Assembly: GCA_905250885.1 (NCBI GenBank)
Contig: CAJNOQ010003136.1
Location: 1 to 21,274, forward strand
Direction: 5' to 3'
Origin: Didymodactylos carnosus
Lineage: Eukaryota
DNA: 21,274 bases
Below are positions 8,931 to 17,030 of this stretch, piece by piece (the first letter of the stretch is position 1; each line of letters starts with the position of its first letter). The notes beneath the pieces are model-generated. The model saw nothing but the letters and a program-made list of their open reading frames with translations. It was not told where the DNA came from and searched no databases. A program made the position numbers and the translations under genes.

Positions 8931-9740
8931 GAAACATAATTGTCGAAACGTTCTTCTTGCACAGTTTGAGTCAATGATATGTGATTAAAGTTTGATGAAA
9001 ATTGATGAGAGAGGTTTTTTAACCTATTAGTTTGTAATTAATTAATATTGGTTTCCTTGCCAAAATAGGAAAAGTATGGATAGTTTTTGAACAGGGAAAG
9101 TGATAAAGACCTCCTGGCTTCATCTACCGAGCCAAGACTCTGATGCATCTTTTGATGAAAAAGTAAGTTTGTAACTCTTTTCACAAATTAAGATTCTGAA
9201 AGAATCGTTGGAAAACCTGTTATACTTCAAAATTTTGTGATAGACCTGTAATTGTTTTTCTTTCATGGATGGACAGTCCAAAGCATTCTCTCGAAATGGA
9301 GAGCAGACAAGGTGTTCACCTTTAGTTGTTTAAGCCTGGTATTGGATTTTCTCTGTGAGACTGGTGCCTCAAGACTGGTACCTGATGACTTTCAGGTAGA
9401 TCAAAAACAACTGGAATATAGGTGATCGAGTACGCTGAGTCTTCTGGTGATGTTTATATTCCGAAGAAGGTTGAAGAACTCACTAAAATCTATTTTCTCT
9501 GAAATATACAGTTTTTGGCTAATTTTACGTAATACTAAAACCTTCAAAAACTAGTTTATCACTTTCCCTGTGAACGTTATTCAAAAACTATCCATGCTTT
9601 TCCTATTTTGGCAAGGAAACCAGTATTAATTAATTACAAACTAATAGGTTAAAAAACCTCTCTCATCAATTTTCATCAAACTTTAATCACATATCATTGA
9701 TTCAAACTGTGCAAGAAGAACGTTTCGACAATTATGTTTC
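8931..9740. mobile_element. Foldback-type element: 810-bp unit with about 175-bp near-perfect inverted arms around a 430-bp GC-richer core, in a PARP4 intron
   Basis: Left arm 8931-9105 (gaaacataattgtcgaaacgttcttcttgcacagtttgagtcaatgatatgtgattaaagtttgatgaaaattgatgagagagg...ggaaaagtatggatagtttttgaacagggaaagtgataaa) is the reverse complement of 9556-9740 (tttatcactttccctgtgaacgttattcaaaaactatccatgcttttcc...cgtttcgacaattatgtttc), with one 9-bp indel. Confidence 0.7.
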
Positions 9741-9866
9741 AATTATGTTTCACTTTTATGCTATTTGATTGTACTTCAACTAATATCATAATAGTAAATT
9801 ATCTTTAAAACCTATTTCGGCTGCTTATGTGCCGGTTGAATTCATACTAATTTTGAAAAAATACGA

Positions 9867-10374
9867 GTGGGTATTTTTTGAATAACTTTTGACAGAAGCA
9901 AGATAGAGAGCTGCGGTTTTCACCGTTGGAAAGAAGAGCTGAAGACGCATCGAATCATATATCATAGATTTTCTTGATTTGTTCCTTGTAAGGTTTTCAA
10001 TTGACCTTTTTAAGAACAAATATATTTGATAAGTTGTTTACATTGAATTTTCAATTATCAAGTGTAAATTCAACCCACTAATCGAAGATCTACAAAGTGC
10101 GGAAGGTTGAGATGAATAATATGCATTTTAGTAGAGCTTCTAATAGAATTTTCTAGCAAAATCTGTGAAAAAAGCTCACTTTTGTGCTTTTTCCTTTTTT
10201 CAGAAAAAAAAAACATTTTTTCGACACTTAGAAAATTGCACAAAAATACTTCAGAAATCAATATTAGAAAAGCCTATAATATATGATTCGACGCATCTAC
10301 ATTTTCTCGCTCCAACGGTGAACACCGCAGCTCTCTATCTTGTTTCTATGAAAAGTTATTCAAAAAATACTCAC
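9867..10374. mobile_element. Second MITE-like element (about 508 bp) with 95-120-bp terminal inverted repeats, related to the 6000-6580 element
   Basis: Left gtgggtattttttgaataacttttgacagaagcaagatagagagctgcggttttcaccgttggaaagaag...gcatcgaatcatatat is the reverse complement of right atatatgattcgacgcatc...ctccaacggtgaacaccgcagctctctatcttgtttctatgaaaagttattcaaaaaatactcac. Shares the internal core GCGGT(C/T)TTCACCGTTGGA with element 6000-6580. Confidence 0.7.
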
Positions 10375-10749
10375 TAGCATTCATGGAACCGTGACACATG
10401 CGAACAAAACAGATTTTATCAAAATTTTATTATTCTTATATTAGTTGAAGTATGATCAAATAGCATAGAAAAATAGAGCTTTTTTTTCTCTATCAGACTA
10501 CATAAAAAGAAAATTTCTTAAAGTCTACTTTGGAAGAAAAAATTGGAACTCTCACTACTTTTGGTATGCTCTTAGTACTTACCTGTTCAGCGAAAAAGTT
10601 TAAGGACAGTCAGATGTTCTCTTCAAACCGACAAGGACGGATTTACGTATAGGGGTGGATGAACTCGCACTTGAAAAACTTCGTTTATTTTCTAAAAAGA
10701 CAAGCTGTCACGCTTATATCTGTTTCTTGTTAATTTCTTCTCTAATTAG

Positions 10750-11382
10750 AGCATATAACCGCATTATCACCTGCTAGTAGCGGACCATTCTTAAACTCAG
10801 CAGAACAATCGCGTGAAGCTGATGAATCTGGAAATGGAGAAGAATTTGATTTACTTGATAGTATAGAACTATGCGTTCTCCCCACAATATCAATAACTCC
10901 ACAGCAACAAACATATTCTACATCAGTCTCTGGTTTTTCTCCTGCAACGCCATATGTATCTTCAAAAAGCGCCGCTAAAAAACAGAAAGCTGTTTTCTCG
11001 TCTACGTCAGAATTAACATCATCAACATATTTTCCAACTTCGCCAACATATTCTCCAACTTCGCCAACATATTCTCCAACTTCGCCTACTTACAGCGCAA
11101 CACAATATGAAAATTGTCCGTATACAGCCGATTGTGATCTCATGCTGAACCGGACGCCTGCTACACTAGTATTTGGTACTAATGATAGAGACAATACCAG
11201 ACCTGTTTATACTCCAAATTTCCCATCAGTACCATTGATGTCAACCACCACATCTTCACCGTTTCTATTTGGTGCATCATCCGTAGAAACAACAGCCCCA
11301 TCTTTCGGATCCGCTGCAGCGGCAGCTCCTCAGCTACAATCATTCGGTTTCTCTTCTCCTAATCAACAACAGCCGCCTCAGT
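10750..11382 (+). CDS. PARP4-like exon, low-complexity S/T/P-rich linker with three YSPTSPT heptads and FG motifs (E-HITALSPASSGPF...TYFPTSPTYSPTSPTYSPTSPTYSATQYENCPYTADCD...PFLFGASSVETTAPSFGSAAAAAPQLQSFGFSSPNQQQPPQ-)
   Basis: Acceptor tctaattag at 10747-10749, donor GTGAGT at 11383. A 211-codon open frame with no ATG until 11142 indicates an internal exon. APSFGSAAAAAPQLQSF compare human PARP4 VASFGSAAPPRQFDASQF. Phase 1 in and phase 1 out fit both neighbours. Confidence 0.65.
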
Positions 11383-12194
11383 GTGAGTACCAAAGAGAAT
11401 TCTATTTCTATTTTTTTGTAAAGCTGATAATCCCAATTTGAGTATGTATGAGTGAAAAGCTTTTACGTCGAACTATTTGAGGAATAATTTTCGGTATTTT
11501 TTTGCAATTTTATTCTTCTCTCCCGTGCGAAATTTCTGTCTCATATACCTATAAATTCAATACCGATTCTGCAAGCTCGATCTTCACAAAAACTATTCTT
11601 TTTACGGTATAGGTGTTTTTATTATTTGAACACTATGCCATGCCTTCACATATGCAAATAAAGGAAAAGAAATTCTCGAATAAAGATTACTACGATTTAT
11701 ACGAACGATGGTAAAGCATCATTTTTAAGAGCGACTTAGCTGAGTCCGAGAGGTTTGATGAGTTATTCTTGAAATACAGCAGTACCAGCAGCATAAATAT
11801 AATATATTCACCGAAATAATTTAAATTTTCTTCTTATCATCCGCTAGTCCTGGGAAAGTGCCAAAAGCGTCATTCTATCCTTAGTTTTAAAAAAGTCAAT
11901 AAAAAAGCAGTTCAAGCTAAACTGGGAAAGATTATCTTTTACTTGTCGTCCATTTGTGAGCAGTATTATTTATCGAACAAGTTTACATTCAATGAATACA
12001 TGTAAACATTAGGACAGTAGCTAGGATTTCGCTAACGAAAATATACAGTGATCGAGATATGATCGGGATTTTCCGAGAAGGGATTGTTCATAAAAAATTG
12101 AAGTCTGGAGAATTGTACATGCAAAACTGCAGTGACGCTCGGATGAACCTGAATTTATTGGTCGTTATTCTTCTTTTTGAATTTTTTTGTCCAG

Positions 12195-12535
12195 TATTTC
12201 CTGTTCAAAGTCCACAATCATTCGGCTCAACGACAACTTTATCGATGGATTATCAGCCAAAACAAATGGTAACAAAACAAAATCGTGGAGCTCAAAGACA
12301 TTCAAAGAAAATGTCCACGGTTGAAATAAACCAAGGGACTGAACAATACCAACGACAAGCAATGCCTCCAGCACCACAAATGTCAGATTTAAATAAATCA
12401 ATACAAGCAGCAGGATACTTTCCCTCCTTATTTGAAAACGAGTCATTCTATGACAAGTCGTCGGCAGCATCTACATCTTTATTGGGAAAAATAAAAAATG
12501 TTGTTACGTCAGGAATTAGCAGCCTTGGGTTTACG
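12195..12535 (+). CDS. PARP4-like exon, linker (L-FPVQSPQSFGSTTTLSMDYQPKQMVTKQNRGAQRHSKKMSTVEINQGTEQYQRQAMPPAPQMSDLNKSIQAAGYFPSLFENESFYDKSSAASTSLLGKIKNVVTSGISSLGFT)
   Basis: Acceptor ttttttgtccag at 12191-12194, donor GTAAGA at 12536 (perfect consensus). Phase 1 in matches exon 10750-11382. The frame stays open to 12733 if unspliced. Confidence 0.55.
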
Positions 12536-12559
12536 GTAAGATACAGATCTATGTTGGAG

Positions 12560-13400
12560 GAAGTAATGATGCCTGCTGAGATGAGACGAGCACGGGAAGA
12601 GGCTCATTCAAGCCCTAAGGTTTTGGTTACTGGCGGTAGGACGGAAAGCTTCACCTTTAGTGCAGAAGATACTAATATCCGTTCCGAAATACAGTGGAGT
12701 CTCATTTATTCAACAACTAACCATGTTAACTAGAGTGATGAGACGTTCAAAGACTGGTAGCCCACTGTCTAAGCTATCGGAATGACCAAATTTATACTTG
12801 AAATTCATTGAATCTACATGGTTTAGCGATCAATTCCTTGAGAGATAGATGAAACACGCCACCTACCGGCGGTGGTTCGGCTTGACTTTTCATATCATTT
12901 CATAGCAAAAAAGTATTGTCTTTTTAGTGGTAAAAACGCATGGTTTTATCTAGGCCTGCACCGGTTACCTTATCGGAACCCTCAGAGTAGTAGTTTTAAA
13001 AATCAGAGAAAACTTTAAAAAAATTTTTGTCAGGAGTCTCGATAAGTAATTTTCTCTACAAATAATAACTGAGTATGGCATTTATCTGTAGTCAAGACAA
13101 AACATGCAATTGCAACAAGGTGGCGAGGACTTCCAACGAGGACTTTCACCAAGATCAGTGAGCTCAAGAAGGGGCGGCTTTTCGGAATTAGAACGTGGGA
13201 GAGGAGCAATGTCTAATAAAGGAAAACAAGCTGCGCACGCCGCCCGGTTTACTGATGTAAGTAATATTCTATTTAACAATAGAAAAATATATTACTTAAG
13301 CCATTCGTAAATCGTTCAGTTATGCTGCGGAGCCAGTTTACAGAGAATTTAGTTGAAATAAACGCAGACAGCAGCGGCTCGGCAACGAAGTTTTGCATAC
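12560..13400 (+). pseudogene. Colinear, frame-disrupted remnants of an Hsp70 nucleotide-binding (ATPase) domain; GC-richer than the flanking sequence
   Basis: In Hsp70 order: PKVLVTGGRTESFTFSAEDTNIRSEI (about 12640-12715; compare [24 protein letters not shown]), DETRHLPAVVRLD (about 12850; weak match to NEPTAAAIAYGLD), QQGGEDFQRGL (13118-13150; compare HLGGEDFDNRL), ISELKKGRLFGIRTWERS in the +2 frame (13155-13210; compare ISENKRAVRRLRTACER), RSQFTENLVEINAD (13325-13365; compare RARFEELNADL). Spacing is roughly as in Hsp70. Stops and frame changes lie between the pieces. No GIDLGTTYS or DLGGGTFD motif found. Confidence 0.35.
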
Positions 13401-13823
13401 GGAACGAACGTTATAGTCTATGTACTCTTCATCCTAAATATCATGTCGGTTTCGTACTATTGTAGACAAGAGCAGACGAACAGGCTCGAAGTTGTCACAG
13501 TCCTGTTCCACTTCCAGATTTAGAAACAGACTCACCACCATTGCAATCAATCGTACAAAGGTCGTACGTATGAAAAGTCAAATGAAAGAAAAGAAATTGA
13601 TTGTTTTCTCTTTTAATTTAGTGAGAACGAATTGTCTTCGTTGACAGAAACCAGAAAAGCTAATAAAAGCGCCAGCAAAGGATACTTACACAAGACCGAT
13701 GCTCTAAGATCGAAAAAGAATTTACTACCACCACCACAAGAAGAAGAACAGAAAGTAGTAATAAAATATGAATAGACTGTTAGCAAACATTAAAAAAATA
13801 TTCGTTATTGTTTTCACTTTTAG

Positions 13824-14033
13824 TATCATGTTAATATTTGTGATCTATTATTGTTAGACGTTGCACCATTATCTTTGGGAATTGAGCTAGTGAGCGGTGA
13901 ATATGTAGCCGTTATCCAACGAAATACAACAATACCAACAAAAAATTGGGCTATATTTACAAATGCATTTGCTGGTCAAACAACAGCTACAGTTAAAATT
14001 TTTGAAGGTGAACATCGATTAACAAAATATAAT
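13824..14033 (+). CDS. Hsp70-family substrate-binding domain, exon 1 ([70 protein letters not shown])
   Basis: Acceptor cacttttag at 13821-13823, perfect donor GTAAGT at 14034. Canonical Hsp70 linker plus beta-sandwich motifs [16 protein letters not shown] and KRNTTIPTK. Phase 0 to phase 0. Confidence 0.8.
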
Positions 14034-14945
14034 GTAAGTTGTTTTTCAAAATTTTCTTTATCTGGAAGAGAATTAGGTAAGCTCATTTTTCTAGTTCAAA
14101 TTGGCCTAAAGCTCTTTTCAAATTAACAGACCCTTCACTCAACAGAAGACCAACATATCCAAATTTTAGCAAAAAGTGTTATTCTCTTGATCCTTTTTTT
14201 CGGTCAACAAATTTATTCGAATGTTGATCTTTTTTTTTCCATAAGAAATTATCAGAATTTTATCTCCTCCCTTTCAGCAGTTATGAACCCATAAAGCAAC
14301 CAAAGTGAGAGCAAGTGGGAGTTTCTGATGTTACAGGATTCTTTCTTCAAAGAGAACATAGTTGTGAATTATTGATGTGTGCGCCAGAACCATAACTGTG
14401 GCTGATTTTTTTGCTTAATTTTAGTATGCGCTTTACTTACAAAAACCCAAAAATACGTATCGACTTTCTTAGAAACTTGTTTTCATAAAAAAAACTGATG
14501 TTTAACGTCAGAATTCGTCTTTGTTACTCTCCATAATGAGAAAAACTTCGCTAATTGATTTTGAGGAAAGGCTGTTTAAGCCGTGAATAGGTGCAGACAA
14601 AAAATCCGTTCGGCGGCAAAGAAAGTTCGGAAGCAAAGAAATATTAACCAAGTTTTGAAGCGTATAACTTCCGATCTAAACATCCTTTCACAATTGCTGT
14701 CCGAACTCCTATTTCAAAGAGAAATGTGTGATTTGTTTTGGAAAGAGATAAAGGTATAATCTACATGTCACAGTTAAATCTCTCAAGAAAATCCTGGATT
14801 TTAACGGGAGGGGGAAGTTTACAGCAAAATAAGGCTTTTAACCGACTCTATCTGACAAAGACATTGTTAAATCTTTCTATCGTTAATGCGTCTCTTATCG
14901 ATTCTTATGACTAAATGAAAAAAACGTTTTTGTGTTTTACTGTAG

Positions 14946-15105
14946 AATTATTTGGGTGAGTTTACACTTGAAAAACTGTCCAAAAATTTTGCTTCTGAAA
15001 CATTGAACATAACTATTACTATGGATATCGATGCTAATGGAATATTAAACGTTACTGCCGAAGAACAAGCATCGCGAGTGAAAAAGTCAATTGCAATAAC
15101 AGATG
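14946..15105 (+). CDS. Hsp70-family substrate-binding domain, exon 2 ([54 protein letters not shown])
   Basis: Acceptor ttttactgtag at 14941-14945, donor GTAAAT at 15106. [37 protein letters not shown] of canonical Hsp70 aligns residue for residue. Confidence 0.85.
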
Positions 15106-15179
15106 GTAAATTGAAGACTTGTTTCAAGCGTTTTGTAGCCAATGTTAAAAAAGAAATTATCTTTTTTTTCCTCATTTAG

Positions 15180-15254
15180 ATAAAGGTCGTCTGACACGCG
15201 ATTTTATTGAGCAACATGTACGTTTTGTAGAAAGTTTACCATCTGCTGATCACG
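15180..15254 (+). CDS. Hsp70-family exon 3 (D-DKGRLTRDFIEQHVRFVESLPSADH-)
   Basis: Acceptor ctcatttag at 15176-15179, donor GTAAGA at 15255. ITxDKGRLSxEDIE is the conserved Hsp70 SBD-to-lid junction. Phase 1 to phase 1. Confidence 0.75.
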
Positions 15255-15332
15255 GTAAGAACGACATAAACTGTATATACTGAAAGTTGGTTTATAAAAC
15301 TTCTTATATAAGAGTTCTTTTCTTCTTTCTAG

Positions 15333-15361
15333 CAATCCGTGATCGTTCGAACAAACTAATG
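15333..15361 (+). CDS. Possible Hsp70-family micro-exon (A-IRDRSNKLM)
   Basis: Acceptor ttctttctag at 15329-15332, donor GTGGGT at 15362. Phase 1 to phase 0. Short and therefore uncertain. Confidence 0.35.
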
Positions 15362-15456
15362 GTGGGTGATTGCTAGATTTTTGCCTCACTAAAATTGCCT
15401 CAGTTCTGCAAGTTAGACTTTTTGATGCATTAATGTGTTTTTTTGGTTTCTTTCAG

Positions 15457-15514
15457 CTTGATGGTAAAACAAACTTCCATCCATACAATTTTTCAGCAAA
15501 TGATATATCGATTA
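15457..15514 (+). CDS. Possible exon (LDGKTNFHPYNFSANDISI-) that either terminates an Hsp70-like ORF at TAG 15517-15519 or, via the weak donor GTTAGT at 15515, joins PARP4 exon 15580
   Basis: Acceptor ggtttctttcag at 15451-15456. Only a weak donor is available. The frame hits a stop 3 nt after the proposed donor. Confidence 0.25.
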
Positions 15515-15579
15515 GTTAGTAAAATTGTTATTTTCTTGAGCCAGAAATCCTGCATTTCGTCTTTTCGTTACTCTACCAG

Positions 15580-15665
15580 ATTCGTCGACACCATTACTTG
15601 ATCAGATGCACCGCAGAATGATGACAGCTGAATTAATCGACAGTATATTTCAACTTCAGAATGAT
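15580..15665 (+). CDS. PARP4-like C-terminal module exon (N-SSTPLLDQMHRRMMTAELIDSIFQLQND)
   Basis: Acceptor ctctaccag at 15576-15579, donor GTAAGC at 15666. TAELIDSIFQLQNDDGSF compare human PARP4 TELLSLQTEDGFW. Needs phase 1 from upstream. Confidence 0.6.
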
Positions 15666-15732
15666 GTAAGCTGAACAATACTAACGTCCTCTCTGTTTAC
15701 ACCATATATCCTGTATTTTTCTCACGTTGTAG

Positions 15733-15835
15733 GATGGTTCATTTTCGTTCACCAAAGATCTGCAGGCCATATTCAATAATATTGATTTTGGTATAGTTCA
15801 ACAACATTTAACTGAACAAGGACTAAATTCATTTG
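15733..15835 (+). CDS. PARP4-like C-terminal (MVP-interaction region) exon (DGSFSFTKDLQAIFNNIDFGIVQQHLTEQGLNSF-)
   Basis: Acceptor cgttgtag at 15729-15732, donor GTAAGT at 15836. Human EDGFWKLTPELGLILNLNTNGLHSFL. Confidence 0.7.
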
Positions 15836-16032
15836 GTAAGTCTACGAATACATCATTTTTGAGTAGGAACTTTTTTCCATAGAATTTCCATGAAAGGAGG
15901 TCTATAATAGAGATGCAATCGGACCGGGCGCCCCGGGGTGAGGCAAATTCTTTATTCCGAATGAAAAGAAATGCAAAAGGTTCATTGTTCTTATAGAAAT
16001 TACTATCCCGAAAGAGTTCTTGAGGAACGTTT

Positions 16033-16200
16033 GTACCGGTCGCTTACATCAAAATTTTTAGAAAAATAGTCGGTCAACCGGCCGGTACCGGTCATGATTT
16101 TTTTGTTGACCGGTTGTATCTCTAGACTATAAGTGTTGTTGCAATTTATTTCCACCCCATAATGAAGGATCTTAATGTTATGCATTTTTCATCGGATCGC
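16033..16200. repeat. Copy A of an approximately 170-bp dispersed repeat (second copy at 18700-18882, about 88 percent identity), located in a PARP4 intron
   Basis: cgcttacatcaaaatttttagaaaaatagtcggtcaaccggccggtaccggtcatgatttttttgttgaccggttgtatctctagactataagtgttgttgcaatttatttccaccccataatgaagg... aligns with 18712 gcgcttacatcaaaagttttagaaaaatggtcggtcgaccggccagtacttgtcatgatttttttgttgaccggttgcatctctagactataaagtgttgttgcaatttagttccactccataatgaggg. Contains an internal CCGGTCAAC...GTTGACCGG hairpin. Confidence 0.6.
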
Positions 16201-16229
16201 AAGATTTTGATGACTAAAATGTATTTTAG

Positions 16230-16384
16230 CTGAAAAAATCCGCAATGAAATCAATGATTTGATTTGTACAACTGTGATCGTAATTTATATTATCTCGCAA
16301 AGTGAATTATCATTGACATTAACATTTCCACTTGATATTCATTCAATCAGAAATTTAGTTGAACAAATTAAAAATAATGGCAAG
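16230..16384 (+). CDS. PARP4-like C-terminal exon (A-EKIRNEINDLICTTVIVIYIISQSELSLTLTFPLDIHSIRNLVEQIKNNGK)
   Basis: Acceptor gtattttag at 16225-16229, donor GTAATT at 16385. DLICTTVIVIYII compare human DLIATMLVLQFIR. Phase 1 in matches 15835. Confidence 0.7.
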
Positions 16385-16452
16385 GTAATTTACTCAATAC
16401 AGAAGATCTTCTTTGTTCTTAAATGTTCCTTTCTTTTGTTTTTCTTAAAAAG

Positions 16453-16647
16453 AAAATTGATCCAATAATGGAAAACTACAGAAGAGAATATGGAATGGCA
16501 TTTGATTATGTTTTAAAAATGCGTGATAAAAATTCAATGTATTGTACACAGTTAGAGTTAGGCTCTACGTGGGAATTATATATTCAAAAAACGTTGCTTG
16601 GCCTTGATAATAGTGGTGATCATGGTATTACTCTAGTTGTACATTAA
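16453..16647 (+). CDS. PARP4-like terminal exon with stop codon (KIDPIMENYRREYGMAFDYVLKMRDKNSMYCTQLELGSTWELYIQKTLLGLDNSGDHGITLVVH*)
   Basis: Acceptor tttcttaaaaag at 16449-16452, TAA at 16645-16647. MAFDYVLKMRDKN...CTQLELGSTWELYIQKTLLGL compare human C-terminus WAFEAIKQASEWV...CPRLELGNDWDSATKQLLGL. Confidence 0.75.
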   Translation, partial: KIDPIMENYRREYGMAFDYVLKMRDKNSMYCTQLELGSTWELYIQKTLLGLDNSGDHGITLVVH

Positions 16648-17004
16648 TTAACTTAAAGAGCGACATTACACACTATTCATTGTTGGATGCATTTTATTAA
16701 ACATGATTTTTAACTTCATTATAAAGATTTTTTTGTTATCTGTGACTTTCTTAATAAAAAAACCATACCATTACGGTTGATTCTAGGTCATCTGCTTTTC
16801 ATGGCTATGTGCAAGTCTGTAATTTACAGACTAGGCCGATTTTTGGGGGGGCGGTTTAGAGAAAAACAGCATACATATTCTGATTCCTTTTCGCATGTAG
16901 ACTCTAAATCTGATGTTTGTTTTCTGGTGGAACGTCCAGTTTTTGAAAAAGAAGCGAAAGATCGTTTTAACGTTGAAATTAGGTGTTTTTCTCCTTCTTC
17001 TTTG

Positions 17005-17030
17005 CTCTCTCACTCTCTCTCTCTCTCTTT
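17005..17030. repeat. (CT)n / (TC)n microsatellite
   Basis: ctctctcactctctctctctctctttctttcc read directly. Confidence 0.8.

Noticed and set aside
8669-8974. Minus-strand ORFs 8523-8810 and 8669-8974 overlapping the acidic PARP4 exon.
   Set aside because: These are antisense shadows of a GC-richer coding exon, with low-complexity translation and no homology.
10990-11110. YSPTSPT heptads as evidence for an RPB1 (RNA polymerase II largest subunit) gene.
   Set aside because: Only three heptads, embedded in an exon whose flanks match the PARP4 FGSAAPP linker and whose phases join PARP4 exons. No polymerase domains are present.
10750-12535. FG-repeat nucleoporin gene (FLFGASS, SFGSAAAAAP, SFGFSSP, SFGSTTT).
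   Set aside because: The FGSAA(A)PP segment is a known feature of the PARP4 linker. The exons are phase-continuous with PARP4 exons on both sides, and no nucleoporin structured domain was seen.
13150-13215. +2 frame peptide RWRGLPTRTFTKISELKKGRLFGIRTWERS as a Tc1/mariner transposase helix-turn-helix.
   Set aside because: A better explanation is the Hsp70 NBD segment ISENKRAVRRLRTACER, which is colinear with other Hsp70 remnants. No DDE domain follows.
13851-14126. ORF-track entries beginning with M at non-ATG codons (for example 13851 is TTG, 16259 is TTG, 14952 is TTG) taken as standalone genes.
   Set aside because: The ORF finder evidently allows alternative starts. These ORFs are fragments of spliced exons (Hsp70 SBD, PARP4 C-terminus), not independent genes.
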